Shown here piece by piece: positions 40,334 through 50,900 of a DNA stretch of 59,855 nt. Both the position numbers and the translations under genes were made by a program. The DNA is from Bacilli bacterium. GTDB lineage: Bacteria > Bacillota_I > Bacilli_A > RF39 > UBA660. Each line of letters starts with the position of its first letter. Within the stretch, counting starts at the first letter, position 1. The notes under the pieces were generated by a model. The model was not told the origin of the DNA. It did not search any database and saw only the letters and a list, made by a program, of their open reading frames with translations. Location of the stretch: positions 1 through 59,855 of the forward strand of contig SKFZ01000011.1 of assembly GCA_007117695.1 (NCBI GenBank). Reading direction: 5' to 3'.

Positions 40334-41704
40334 TTATAAAGCTATATTTTTTCTAATATAATCTTCTAAATTTTCTAACTTAATAGTTTCTTGTTTCATA
40401 CTATCTCTAAATCTAACTGTAACAGTATTATTGTTTATTGTTTCATCATCTATAGTAATCGCAAAAGGAGTCCCTATTATATCAGACCTTCTATATCTTT
40501 TTCCGATATTTCCAGACTCATCATAAGTTACCATAAATCTTTTTGAAAGAGATGCATAAACTTCGCTCGCTTTTTCTGAATGATGCTTTTTAACAAGTGG
40601 TAATATTGCTGCTTTATAAGGTGCCAATGCTGGATGAAATGCCATAACCTCTCTTGTTTCACCATTTTCCAAAACCTCTTCTTTATATGCATCACACATT
40701 ACTGCAAGAACTAATCTATCAGCACCAAGAGAAGGTTCAATAACATATGGAATATATCTTTCATTAGTTTCTGGATCAAAATATGTTAAATCTTTTTTTG
40801 AATGCTCAATATGTTTGGACAAATCATAATCAGTTCTTGATGCAATACCCCAAAGTTCTCCAAAACCAAAAGGAAATTTATATTCAATATCTACAGTTGC
40901 ATTTGAATAATGCGATAATTCATCTTCTTGATGGTCTCTAAATTTTAAATTTTCTTCTTTTATATTTAAATCTTTTAAAAATTTCATAGAATAATTTTTA
41001 TAATATTCAAACCACTCAATCTCGGTTCCAGGTTTGCAAAAAAATTCTAATTCCATTTGTTCAAACTCTCTAGTCCTAAAAGTGAAATTACCAGGAGTTA
41101 TTTCATTTCTAAACGCTTTACCAATTTGCGCGATACCAAAAGGAAGCTTTAATCTCATTGTTCTTTGAACATTAACAAAATTTGTAAAAATTCCTTGAGC
41201 AGTCTCCGGCCTTAAATATATTTCATTAGCAGAATCTTCCGTTACACCTTGACTAGTTTTAAACATTAAATTAAATTTTCTAATGTTAGTGTAATCAAGC
41301 GAACCACATTTAGGACAAGTAACTTTGTTTTCATAAATAAAGTTTAATAACTTTTCATCATCAAAAAGTGCTTCATCAATTTCACCTTTTAAGAAGTCTT
41401 CAACAATTTTATCAGCACGATGTCTTGTTTTACACTTTTTACAATCTATTAATGGATCACTAAAGCCATCGATATGTCCACTTGCTTTCCATACAGTCGA
41501 ATTCATCAAAATAGAAGCATCCATACCTACATTATATTTATTTTCACGGACAAACCTTTGCCACCACGCTTTTTTAATATTATTTTTAAGTTCAACACCT
41601 AAAGGACCATAATCCCATGTGTTAGCTAGTCCACCATATATTTCACTTCCTTGAAATATAAAACCATATTGTTTTGATAAATTAATTATTTTTTCCATTT
41701 CCAT
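40334..41704 (-). CDS. glyQS: Glycine--tRNA ligase, homodimeric type
   Basis: [39 protein letters not shown]. Confidence 0.97.
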   Translation of the reverse strand: MEMEKIINLSKQYGFIFQGSEIYGGLANTWDYGPLGVELKNNIKKAWWQRFVRENKYNVGMDASILMNSTVWKASGHIDGFSDPLIDCKKCKTRHRADKIVEDFLKGEIDEALFDDEKLLNFIYENKVTCPKCGSLDYTNIRKFNLMFKTSQGVTEDSANEIYLRPETAQGIFTNFVNVQRTMRLKLPFGIAQIGKAFRNEITPGNFTFRTREFEQMELEFFCKPGTEIEWFEYYKNYSMKFLKDLNIKEENLKFRDHQEDELSHYSNATVDIEYKFPFGFGELWGIASRTDYDLSKHIEHSKKDLTYFDPETNERYIPYVIEPSLGADRLVLAVMCDAYKEEVLENGETREVMAFHPALAPYKAAILPLVKKHHSEKASEVYASLSKRFMVTYDESGNIGKRYRRSDIIGTPFAITIDDETINNNTVTVRFRDSMKQETIKLENLEDYIRKNIAL

Positions 41705-41727
41705 AAATACACCTCTTTCAAATTTAA

Positions 41728-41905
41728 TAAAAAAACTCCTAGAAATATGTAAAGACGGTTGCCCGCGGTTCCACTTTACTTACTCTAGAAGAATCTCTTT
41801 TGTAATAATCACTCCAAAGTTCCATATTAAATTTAATCTACTAGTTTCACACTATCACCAGTTCACTTAAAGATTAATAACATTAATACCTCTTCATCAA
41901 CGCTT
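41728..41905 (-). promoter_or_regulatory. T-box riboswitch (Gly)
   Basis: Stem I motifs AGTGAACTGGTG...GTGTGAAA, candidate GGA specifier, T-box AAAGTGGAACCGCG, hairpin plus T-run before glyQS. Confidence 0.85.
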
Positions 41906-41955
41906 TAAAATATAAATTATATATTCATTATATTTTTAATTTAATTGTTTGTCAA

Positions 41956-42375
41956 CTATTTGGACAACCCTTTGTCCTTGTTTTTACAAACCCAACCAAT
42001 ATCACTTAAATAAATGTGTTCTCTTACATATGAACCATCACTAGATAATGGCATCAATGAGCCATACTTTAAACTATCTTTGTTTGCGATGAAATAAAAC
42101 GTATTACTATTATTCATTGCACACAGTTCAAAGCCCTCATCTTTTATATTTATTTTAACACTTTTGATTGGAAACATGCTTGTCATTGCAAAAAAGTAAT
42201 GAATTTTTTCTTCTACTTGTTCCAAATCCAAAACTTTATTTCCATAAATGCTATCTGCAACATCAATATCTTGTAAAATGCTTTCAGAAATAAAACTAAC
42301 CGCCTCAGATACACGATCAAAATTATTTTCAATTATCGCCTCTTTTATAATGTTTTCAAATTCTTTGAAATTCAT
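41956..42375 (-). CDS. Hypothetical protein
   Basis: 139-aa ORF with GAGGTG RBS directly after recO; no recognised motif. Confidence 0.7.
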   Translation of the reverse strand: MNFKEFENIIKEAIIENNFDRVSEAVSFISESILQDIDVADSIYGNKVLDLEQVEEKIHYFFAMTSMFPIKSVKINIKDEGFELCAMNNSNTFYFIANKDSLKYGSLMPLSSDGSYVREHIYLSDIGWVCKNKDKGLSK

Positions 42376-42385
42376 GTAACACCTC

Positions 42386-43117
42386 TTAATTTAGTTTGCT
42401 CAAATTTTTTAAAAAAGATTTACTTCTCAAATATAGACCTGTATATCTATCATAATATTCATCTAAAAACTCATTTATTTCAACTTTTGATTTTTCACTT
42501 ACATCTAATTTAGTTATTTTTGAAATATCAACATAATAAAACATTCTAATTAATTTAATTGTCTTATTAGACACAGGCGCTTCATCAGTAACACAAGAAT
42601 CACAAACATAACCACCTGCACTATTTGATAAAGTTTCAATGCCTGAAGTAGAACCACAAATAGAGCAAGAATCAAGAGTCGGCATTACACCTAATAAATC
42701 CAAATATTTAAGCTCTAAAATGTTTGAAATTACAGCCGGATCGTATCCCTCATCTATTTTAATTAAACTTTGAACAAGTAACTGATAAACTAATTTATCA
42801 TCACTTTGTTTCATAACTTGTGAAGATAAATCTAATAAAAAACTTGCATATGATATTTTAGTAATATCTTTTTTTATGTTTTTAAAGTTATTTGATACAT
42901 CGACACTGATTAACGTTGATAGTTTATCTTTTTTATAATAAATATTAAAATCACCATATACAAGTTTATTAGTAACACTTCTCAACTCACTTTTCATGGT
43001 CCTAGAACCCTTAGCCATTATCCCAACAATTCCTTCTTCGGTAATTATATCGATTATTTTGGAAGTTTCACTGTATTTTTGTTCTCTTACAACAATTCCT
43101 TCAATTTTTCTAATCAT
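42386..43117 (-). CDS. recO: DNA repair protein RecO
   Basis: N-terminal OB fold (YSETSKI, AKG), CxxC...CxxC Zn finger; follows era. Confidence 0.93.
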   Translation of the reverse strand: MIRKIEGIVVREQKYSETSKIIDIITEEGIVGIMAKGSRTMKSELRSVTNKLVYGDFNIYYKKDKLSTLISVDVSNNFKNIKKDITKISYASFLLDLSSQVMKQSDDKLVYQLLVQSLIKIDEGYDPAVISNILELKYLDLLGVMPTLDSCSICGSTSGIETLSNSAGGYVCDSCVTDEAPVSNKTIKLIRMFYYVDISKITKLDVSEKSKVEINEFLDEYYDRYTGLYLRSKSFLKNLSKLN

Positions 43118-43118
43118 T

Positions 43119-44003
43119 TTAATCGAACTCTCTAAATCCCAAATCTTGCAAGTGTTTTTCTTTATCGCGCCACTTTTTTATAGTTTTCACCTGAAGATCT
43201 AAATGAACTTTACTATTTAACAAAACTTCTAACTCTTCTCTAGCAAGTGTTCCTATTTCTTTTATTTTACTTCCTTTGTTACCAATTATTATTTTTTTCA
43301 AAGATTCCCTGTCAACCACGATATTAACACTTATGACATATGAATTTTTTTGTTTCTCAATATTTTCTGTAATGCATGTAACAGAGTGTGGGACTTCTTC
43401 ACCAGTTTTATAAAACACTTTTTCTCTAACTATTTCAGAAATTAAAAAACTTATTGGCTTATTTGTTATATCGTTTTCCTCATAATATTTATGAGGATCA
43501 CTAATATAATTTTTCAATGTTTTAATTAAAGCATCTGTATTATCTTTTTTAGAAGCCGAAATTGGTACAATTTCACTAAAGTCATATAAGTCTTTGTATT
43601 CAATTATTTTATTTAATATTTCCTCGTGCCTAATTTTATCAACCTTATTTAAAATCAAAAAAACAGGCTTATCAATTTCTTTTAACTTCTCTAATACAAA
43701 TTGATCTCCTTTTCCTAATTCCTCACTAGCATCTACTAAAAATAAAACTACATCTACATCTTTAATACTGTAATATGCTTGCTTATTTAAATAATCTCCC
43801 AATTTATGTTTAGGTTTATGAATACCTGGAGTATCAACAAAAACCATTTGAGACTCGGAATCATTATAAATTCCTTGAATTATATTTCTAGTAGTGCCTG
43901 GTTTACTTGATGTTATAACCACCTTTTTACCAACAATACTATTTATTAAAGTTGACTTCCCTACATTAGGCCTGCCAACTACTGCTATAAACCCTGACTT
44001 CAT
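43119..44003 (-). CDS. era: GTPase Era
   Basis: GRPNVGKST, DTPGIH, NKVD, KH-domain IIIGNKG. Confidence 0.98.
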   Translation of the reverse strand: MKSGFIAVVGRPNVGKSTLINSIVGKKVVITSSKPGTTRNIIQGIYNDSESQMVFVDTPGIHKPKHKLGDYLNKQAYYSIKDVDVVLFLVDASEELGKGDQFVLEKLKEIDKPVFLILNKVDKIRHEEILNKIIEYKDLYDFSEIVPISASKKDNTDALIKTLKNYISDPHKYYEENDITNKPISFLISEIVREKVFYKTGEEVPHSVTCITENIEKQKNSYVISVNIVVDRESLKKIIIGNKGSKIKEIGTLAREELEVLLNSKVHLDLQVKTIKKWRDKEKHLQDLGFREFD

Positions 44004-44383
44004 TTTAAATCCTCGCTGCTAAATGGATGAGTAAGTATCTCGCTAATTTTATATGTTTTACTTCTAGTGTCATTTGAAATCACTAATAATTCATCTCCTG
44101 TAAAAAACTCAGCAAGTGTTTGCCTACATATAAAACATGGGAATGCTACATCATCACCATCAACCATTACATAAAGGGCTTTAAAATCACCTTTTCGGTA
44201 ACCTTTAGTAATCGCTGAATTTATGGCATTACGCTCAGCACAAATAGTTGCACCATATGAAGCATTTTCTACATTTACACCTTTAAACATATATTCGTCA
44301 TTAGTAACAACAATAGCTGCTACTGGATATTTTGAATACGGTGAATAACTTTTAGCAAGTAATTTTTTCAATTCTTCTCTCAT
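44000..44383 (-). CDS. cdd: Cytidine deaminase
   Basis: NVENASYG, CAER, PCxxCRQ. Confidence 0.96.
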   Translation of the reverse strand: MREELKKLLAKSYSPYSKYPVAAIVVTNDEYMFKGVNVENASYGATICAERNAINSAITKGYRKGDFKALYVMVDGDDVAFPCFICRQTLAEFFTGDELLVISNDTRSKTYKISEILTHPFSSEDLK

Positions 44384-44399
44384 TATTTAGCCCCCTTTT

Positions 44400-44795
44400 T
44401 TAAAATAAATAATTAATAATATGCGGAATAAAAACAACAAAGCCGATAATAGCAGCTGCTAGTGAGTAAACAAAAACCGCCGCAGATGCACAATCTTTAG
44501 CCACTTTTGCTAGTGGATGAAACTCTGGTGACACAAGGTCTACTACCGCCTCAAGTGCAGTGTTAATCAACTCTGTAGCAAGTATAATACTTATCATAAT
44601 TAACAAAACTGCCCATTCCGCTACACTAACTCTAAAAAAAGCTCCTGCAATTAAAACTAACGCTGTCATAAAAAAATGAATAGTCATACTCTGTTCATAT
44701 TTATACGCATATTTTAAACCCTCAAATGAGTACTTAAAGCTATTTTTAAATCTACATAACCCCATTTTTTTGTTTTCCCTATCTTTTAATTCCAT
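44400..44795 (-). CDS. dgkA: Diacylglycerol/undecaprenol kinase
   Basis: ELINTALEAVVDL and AKVAKD; ybeY-dgkA-cdd-era order. Confidence 0.93.
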   Translation of the reverse strand: MELKDRENKKMGLCRFKNSFKYSFEGLKYAYKYEQSMTIHFFMTALVLIAGAFFRVSVAEWAVLLIMISIILATELINTALEAVVDLVSPEFHPLAKVAKDCASAAVFVYSLAAAIIGFVVFIPHIINYLF

Positions 44796-45225
44796 AACCT
44801 TCTAAAATCCTTTCTTGTAATTCAAACATTTTTTTTTCATTTTCTATTTTATCATGACTATACCCTAATAAATGAAGTAAGCCATGAACTATTAAAAAGG
44901 ACAGTTCCCTTTTTAAGCTATGATTATATTCTTTTGCCTGACTCTTGGCAGTATCAAAAGACACATATACATCACCTAGCATTCTAATACTAGGAATATT
45001 TATAGTTTTTTCATCTTCAAGCGCAAACGATATAACATCAGTTGATGTATCTTTATTTCTATACTGTTTATTAATTTTTTTAATTTCCTCATCATCCACA
45101 AGTATTATATCAAATATTGCATTATCAACTTCTAAAACTTCTAAACTATAGTTAACTAGCCCTATTAAATCATTTTTAAAACTTATATCTTCATTTGTTT
45201 CATTAAAAACATTAAATTCATTCAT
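44779..45225 (-). CDS. ybeY: rRNA maturation RNase YbeY
   Basis: TDVISF and HGLLHLLGYSH. Confidence 0.96.
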   Translation of the reverse strand: MNEFNVFNETNEDISFKNDLIGLVNYSLEVLEVDNAIFDIILVDDEEIKKINKQYRNKDTSTDVISFALEDEKTINIPSIRMLGDVYVSFDTAKSQAKEYNHSLKRELSFLIVHGLLHLLGYSHDKIENEKKMFELQERILEGYGIKR

Positions 45226-45833
45226 TAGATCACCACCAAATGACTTAAAAAATATATTATTAAAATTAAAATGGCAATAAATGTAATAATGTTAATAAAC
45301 CAATCATTTTGAAGTGGTTTAGGTAAATTTTCTTTTATTCTATGAATTACTCTATATAATAAATAACCAAGAAAACCTCCAAGCACATTCAAAATTAAAT
45401 CATCAACATCAAATACTCTACCAATTATACTTTGTGTTAACTCAATAGTAAGAGATGTAGCAAAACTTAAAATTAATACTATTTTAACTTTATTTAACTT
45501 CAAAAAATATGAAACAAAAAATCCATAAGGAATAAACATAACAGTATTTCCTACAATGTCTCTTATAAATCTCTCATCATTAATCCCAAATCGCATAATT
45601 TCTCTAAATGGAACAAAATTTGAAGTTGTCCAGTCGACGTCTTGATAAGTTACTGCATAAAATAATGCCATAATATAAATTATAAACCCTAATAATAAAA
45701 CATCTTTATAAAAAACAAATTCCTTTTTATTAATAATAACATCGGCAACTCTAAAACTTGTTAATATTGAAACTATAATTACAAGCATCGGCCAAATATT
45801 ATGTAAAATATTTATAGTTTCTTGAACAAGCAT
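45225..45833 (-). CDS. VanZ-family membrane protein
   Basis: NFVPF, GNTVMFIPYG, IELTQ...GRVFDVDDLILNVLG. Confidence 0.9.
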   Translation of the reverse strand: MLVQETINILHNIWPMLVIIVSILTSFRVADVIINKKEFVFYKDVLLLGFIIYIMALFYAVTYQDVDWTTSNFVPFREIMRFGINDERFIRDIVGNTVMFIPYGFFVSYFLKLNKVKIVLILSFATSLTIELTQSIIGRVFDVDDLILNVLGGFLGYLLYRVIHRIKENLPKPLQNDWFINIITFIAILILIIYFLSHLVVI

Positions 45834-45963
45834 AAAATCACCCCCTACATAGACATTTTACTATTTTTATCTAAACTTTACAACGATTTTAAACATTTTT
45901 ATTTTTTGTCATTTTTATTTAATAAAAAAATATTTCGTGCTATAATTTTAAGTAGGTGATAAT

Positions 45964-47331
45964 ATGAGAAAGACAACAACAATAATAATTTCTAAAGCAG
46001 CAATTTTCTTTTTAGACAAACTGGGCCGAGGCACTGCTTTTCCTGGTAAAATCGCTTTAATTATGGATAAATATATTATGAATAAAATCAAAATAAAAGG
46101 AAAAGTAATAATAATTACAGGTTCCTCTGGAAAAGGTAGCACCTCCTCTTTAATTGCTAAAATATTAAGAGGTTCTAATTATTCAGTAACTTTTAATGAT
46201 GGCGCAAGCAACCTTACTAACGGTATTTTAACTACTTTATTAAAAGACACTGACTTTAAAGGCGTTATAAATTCTGACTTTTTAGTCTTAGAAATCGATG
46301 AAAGATATGTTAAAGAAATAGCCAAAGTAATTAAACCTGACTATTTACTAATAACTAACATAACAAGAGATCAGTCGCCAAGAAACGTGCATTTTGATAA
46401 TGTAGCAAATGAAATAAAAAAAGGTCTTCATGTTAATACACATTTAATACTTAACTGTGACGATCCTTATTCCAACACATTTATTACTAATCGAGATAAG
46501 GTGACTTTATTTGGAATCGAAAAAACTAAGTATTCATATCCAAAAAAAATTAACAAAAACCTAAACATGGAGTATTGTCCAAAATGTAACAATAAATTAA
46601 ACTATGAATATTATCATGTTGAATCATATGGTAAATTTAATTGTGAAAACTGTTCTTTCAAAAGAGAAAAACCTCACTATCAAATTAATTCAATAGATTT
46701 TGAAAGCAGAGAAATAACTATAAATAATAAGTACAAAACGTGCATTAAAGATGGTATCCTTCACAGTGCTTATACAGCTTTAGGCGCTTTTAGCGTATGT
46801 GGCCTTTTAGGAATAGACTTAACTAAAATAACTAATGAAATGAATTCACATTGTAAAAATTATAAAAATGATTTTATTATAAAATATAAGAACATAAATA
46901 TATATAACCTTTTTACTAAAAATGAGAACTCATCTACTTTTAATTATGCTCTTACTTTTGTAGATAGAATTAAAGATAAAAAAAATGTAGTAATTGGTTG
47001 GTCTGTTATAAGCAGAAGATATGATTATAAAGACATATCATGGATTTACGATATTGATTTTGAAATTCTTAAAAACCATGACATAAAAAAATTAATCTGC
47101 TTTGGTCCAAATAGTGATGAAATAGAACAAAGATTTATATTAGCAGGTTTTGACAAAAAAATGATTATAAAATTAAAAGATACTCAAGAACTTTTAAAAT
47201 ACATTGTTAAAAATCCTAAAGTAAACTTTTATAATATAGTAGATTCTACATACAGTAATAAAAAAATATTTAAAAACTTTTCAGAATATTTATATGAAAC
47301 AGAAAAGAAATTAGGTGATCTCGATGATTAA
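45964..47331 (+). CDS. murT: MurT-like Mur ligase with DUF1727 (lipid II isoglutaminyl synthase subunit)
   Basis: ITGSSGKGST P-loop, LEIDE, TNITRDQ, CPKC...CENC, DISWIYDIDFE. Confidence 0.9.
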   Translation: MRKTTTIIISKAAIFFLDKLGRGTAFPGKIALIMDKYIMNKIKIKGKVIIITGSSGKGSTSSLIAKILRGSNYSVTFNDGASNLTNGILTTLLKDTDFKGVINSDFLVLEIDERYVKEIAKVIKPDYLLITNITRDQSPRNVHFDNVANEIKKGLHVNTHLILNCDDPYSNTFITNRDKVTLFGIEKTKYSYPKKINKNLNMEYCPKCNNKLNYEYYHVESYGKFNCENCSFKREKPHYQINSIDFESREITINNKYKTCIKDGILHSAYTALGAFSVCGLLGIDLTKITNEMNSHCKNYKNDFIIKYKNINIYNLFTKNENSSTFNYALTFVDRIKDKKNVVIGWSVISRRYDYKDISWIYDIDFEILKNHDIKKLICFGPNSDEIEQRFILAGFDKKMIIKLKDTQELLKYIVKNPKVNFYNIVDSTYSNKKIFKNFSEYLYETEKKLGDLDD

Positions 47332-47905
47332 AGTATTACATCTGTACTATGATTTAATGAACCTTTATGGGGAAAGTGGTAATATTCTTGCAATAACAAA
47401 TCATTTGAAAAACAAAAAATTAGATTATAAAGTTGACTACAAAAGCATCGGTGATAAAATTAATTTTGACGATTACAACTTAGTATATATAGGATGTGGG
47501 ACAGAGAATAATCAAAAAATTGCATTAAAACACTTAACTGAATATAAAGAGGATGTCAAAGAATATATCGATAACAACAAAGTGTTAATTGCAACAGGAA
47601 ATTCTTATGAACTTTTTGGAAAATTTATCGAAAACACTAATGGAAAAAGATTTAAAGGACTTAGTATATTTAACTACTCTTCTAAAGAAGTCCAAGATAG
47701 AATAGTTAAACAAATAAATAATGGTATTAAGGGTTTTATAAACAGTGGCAGTATCGTAACTAAAAACCATAAACCACTATTTACAATAAAAGACTATAAT
47801 GACGGGTTTAAGTATAAAAATTTTTATGGAACTCACATAATAGGTCCTTTGCTTGTATTAAATGACAATTTTTTAAAAGACATAATAAAAAGTATTGATT
47901 TATAA
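47324..47905 (+). CDS. gatD: GatD/CobQ-like glutamine amidotransferase, catalytic residues substituted
   Basis: HLYYDLMNLYGESGN, GTHIIGPLL..N; overlaps murT end. Confidence 0.85.
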   Translation: MIKVLHLYYDLMNLYGESGNILAITNHLKNKKLDYKVDYKSIGDKINFDDYNLVYIGCGTENNQKIALKHLTEYKEDVKEYIDNNKVLIATGNSYELFGKFIENTNGKRFKGLSIFNYSSKEVQDRIVKQINNGIKGFINSGSIVTKNHKPLFTIKDYNDGFKYKNFYGTHIIGPLLVLNDNFLKDIIKSIDL

Positions 47906-47918
47906 ATCAATACTTTTT
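47887..47918. repeat. Copy 2 of the palindrome (32 bp here); probable bidirectional terminator between convergent genes
   Basis: AAAAAGTATTGATTTA|TAAATCAATACTTTTT; left arm encodes GatD KSIDL*. Confidence 0.9.
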
Positions 47919-47922
47919 TTAT

Positions 47923-50900
47923 TTAATTACTAAAGTGTGTAATTGAACAAGTTCTACTTGTATTTGTTTCTCTTCCGGTATTATTTCTTATTTGAATATT
48001 TTGAATTGTTACAGTTCCAGCTGGTGCACTATGTGACGGGATACTCCAGGTTAAAAGTGATGAGGTTGTTGAAGATCTAGTCACACCATCAAATCTTGCT
48101 GAATAACGTGCAATACCACTCGAGCTAGAGGCACTAAAATTAACTCTAAATTGTTGACTAACAGAATGATAACTACAAGTAACTGAATTAATAGTTGGAA
48201 TAGTATTATCTATTCTAAACCCTCCTGATGAAGTCATCCTACAATTTCCAGCACCATCACAAAGTCTAGCCCATAAATATCTAGTACCTTGAATCGCCGA
48301 ATTATATGTTCTTGTTGTACCGCTTGTATGATTGTATATAATTGATGAAGAAGATGGCGATGATGATGATGCCCAAATATATCTAAAAGTATTAGTTCCA
48401 CTTATTCCAGGACTACCTGACAATACTGTGCTATGACTAGTACTCCACGTACTATTTGAATTTGGTGAATAAGTTATAGTTGGTGTTACTCTGTCAATTC
48501 TAAATCTTCCGCTTGTTACTGTATTAGTATTTCCAGCATTATCTTCTACTTGAACTTGTACCCTATAAGTACCTGAACCAGATAAGTTTCGATTAACTGA
48601 CGTTGATGTTGAATAACTTGACCATGATCCATAACTAGAACCATCATTTGTTGATGTTCTTATTCGCATTCTTCTATATCCTGAACCTCCACTATCACTT
48701 CCAGTAACAGTGACGGTAACTGCACTATTTCCCCATGAAGTCTGGCTACTTGGTGAAAAACTCACAGTTGGTGAAGTTTTATCTATTCTATATCTTCCAC
48801 TTGTTACTGTTCTAGTGTTTCCAGCATTATCTTCGACCTCTACTTGTATTCTATTTATACCAGTACTACTTAATGTTCGATTAACTGAAGTTGAGGTTGA
48901 ATAGCTTGACCAAGATCCATAACTAGAACCATCATTAGATGATGTTCTTATTCGCATTCTTCTATATCCTGAGCCTCCACTATCACTTCCAGTAACGGTA
49001 ACAACAACATTACTGTTACCCCACGAAGAACTCGTTGGTGAGAAACTAACATTAGGATTAGTTTTATCTATTCTTACATGTGCTGTTGATGATGCTGAAC
49101 CAGTGTTTCCAGCATTATCTACAACTCTTGCTTGTATTTCTATATTTGTTGTAGATGAATATGTAATAGATGATGAATAATTTGTCCATGATCCCCAAGA
49201 ACCACCTGAAGGTCTTGTTCGATATTGATATCTATCTCTACCTGACGGACCTGCGTTTCCACCACTTATTGATATTGTTCTATTTCCATTTGTCCAAGTT
49301 GTACTTCCTCCACTTATTGACGGAGCAGTTGGATTAGTTTGGTCTATTCTATATACCCCACTAGTTAATGTTGATACATTACCTGCATGGTCTTCTACTT
49401 GAACTTGAATTCTATGTTCTCCAGAACCGGATAAAGTTCTGCTAGTAGAAGATGATGTTGTATAACTTGACCATGATCCATAACTAGAACCATTATTTGA
49501 TGAAACTCTAGTTCTCATTCTTCTATATCCTGAACCACCACTATCACTGGCTGATATCGACACACTTACATTATTATTATTCCATGATGTTTGACTATTG
49601 GGCGAGAAACTTGCGGTTGGAGCTGTTTGATCTACTCGGTATGGACCACAATCAACTACTCTAGGATTATTTGCATTATCAATTGCTTCAATGTTTACTC
49701 TATGAGTTCCATTAGATGAAAATGTTTGTGTAAAGCTTCCCGCTCTATTTGTCCATGATCCCCAACTAGAACCATTATTAGAAGATGTTCTACTTCTAAC
49801 ACTTGATAAGCCCGATAAAGAATCTGAGACACTAACAGATACAGAAACATTACTATTGCCCCATGAAGTACTTGTAGGCGAACACGATACAGAAGGGTTT
49901 GTTCTGTCTATTCTAATATATCTAGTTGATGTAGCCGAACCTGTATTACCAGCGTTATCTATGATTCTTGCTTGTATTTCTCTATCCATTTCTGAATCAT
50001 ATGTAATAGAAGATGAATAATTTGTCCATGATCCCCAAGAATCGCCAGACAGTCTTGTTCGGTATTGATATCTATCTACTCCCGATGGACCTGGGTTTCC
50101 ACCACTTATTGATATTGTTCTACTTCCGTTTGTCCATGAAGTACTTGCACCACTTATTGATGGGGCTGTTGGAATATCTTTGTCTATCAATAATGATCTC
50201 ATAGAACTTGCTTCAGACACATTTCCTTCATAGTCAATGGCTCTTAAGCATAGTTCATCTTCTCTTGTAGTATTAAATGTAATTGGATTAGTATATTCTT
50301 GCCATGTTGGATTAGTAGCATCACAGTTTAAAGTATATTCATACCTATCAACACCTACTCCAATATCATTTGCTTCAACATTTCCTAGCCAAACATTTTC
50401 ATTCGTCCAACTGCTATCATACATTGAACCACTACTATTGTTTAACCTAAGTTCAAAAGTTGGTACAGTTGGTGGTGTTGTATCTTCAATTTCTACATTT
50501 AATGAAAGACTCCTTTCATTGCCATACCAATCACTTACAGTATATGTTAGGCTATATTGCCCAACCATGTGCAAATCCAAATTAGTAGTTACGACAACTT
50601 GATCTAGATCAAACAGTTCAACATCACATCTATTAATAGATGGGTCTTCTTCATCACAACTATTGTCATTTAAATTCATATCTGGAATCGAAAAAGCATG
50701 TCCCGCTTCGTGTACAATGCTTGATGGCCTTGTGCTTTCAAGTATTTCTATTGTTGGACTCGTTGTATCATCAACTTTTAAATATACTATTTCTTCTGTT
50801 TCTAACTTTAAATTTTCATCAACCACTCTATATAAAATTTCATAATCATACGGATTTGACTTTTCACTTAAAACATTAGTTTCAATGCTTCTTACTATTT

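Noticed and set aside
45964-47905. Recent inversion or mobile island explaining the only plus-strand genes
   Set aside because: No integrase, transposase or flanking repeat pair bounds just these genes; the two palindromes enclose essential minus-strand genes as well
48484-50172. Repeated DNA that could be mistaken for a CRISPR array or a DGR TR/VR pair
   Set aside because: Repeats are in-frame ~280-bp protein domains, with no unique spacers, no cas or RT gene and no evident adenine-specific mismatch pattern
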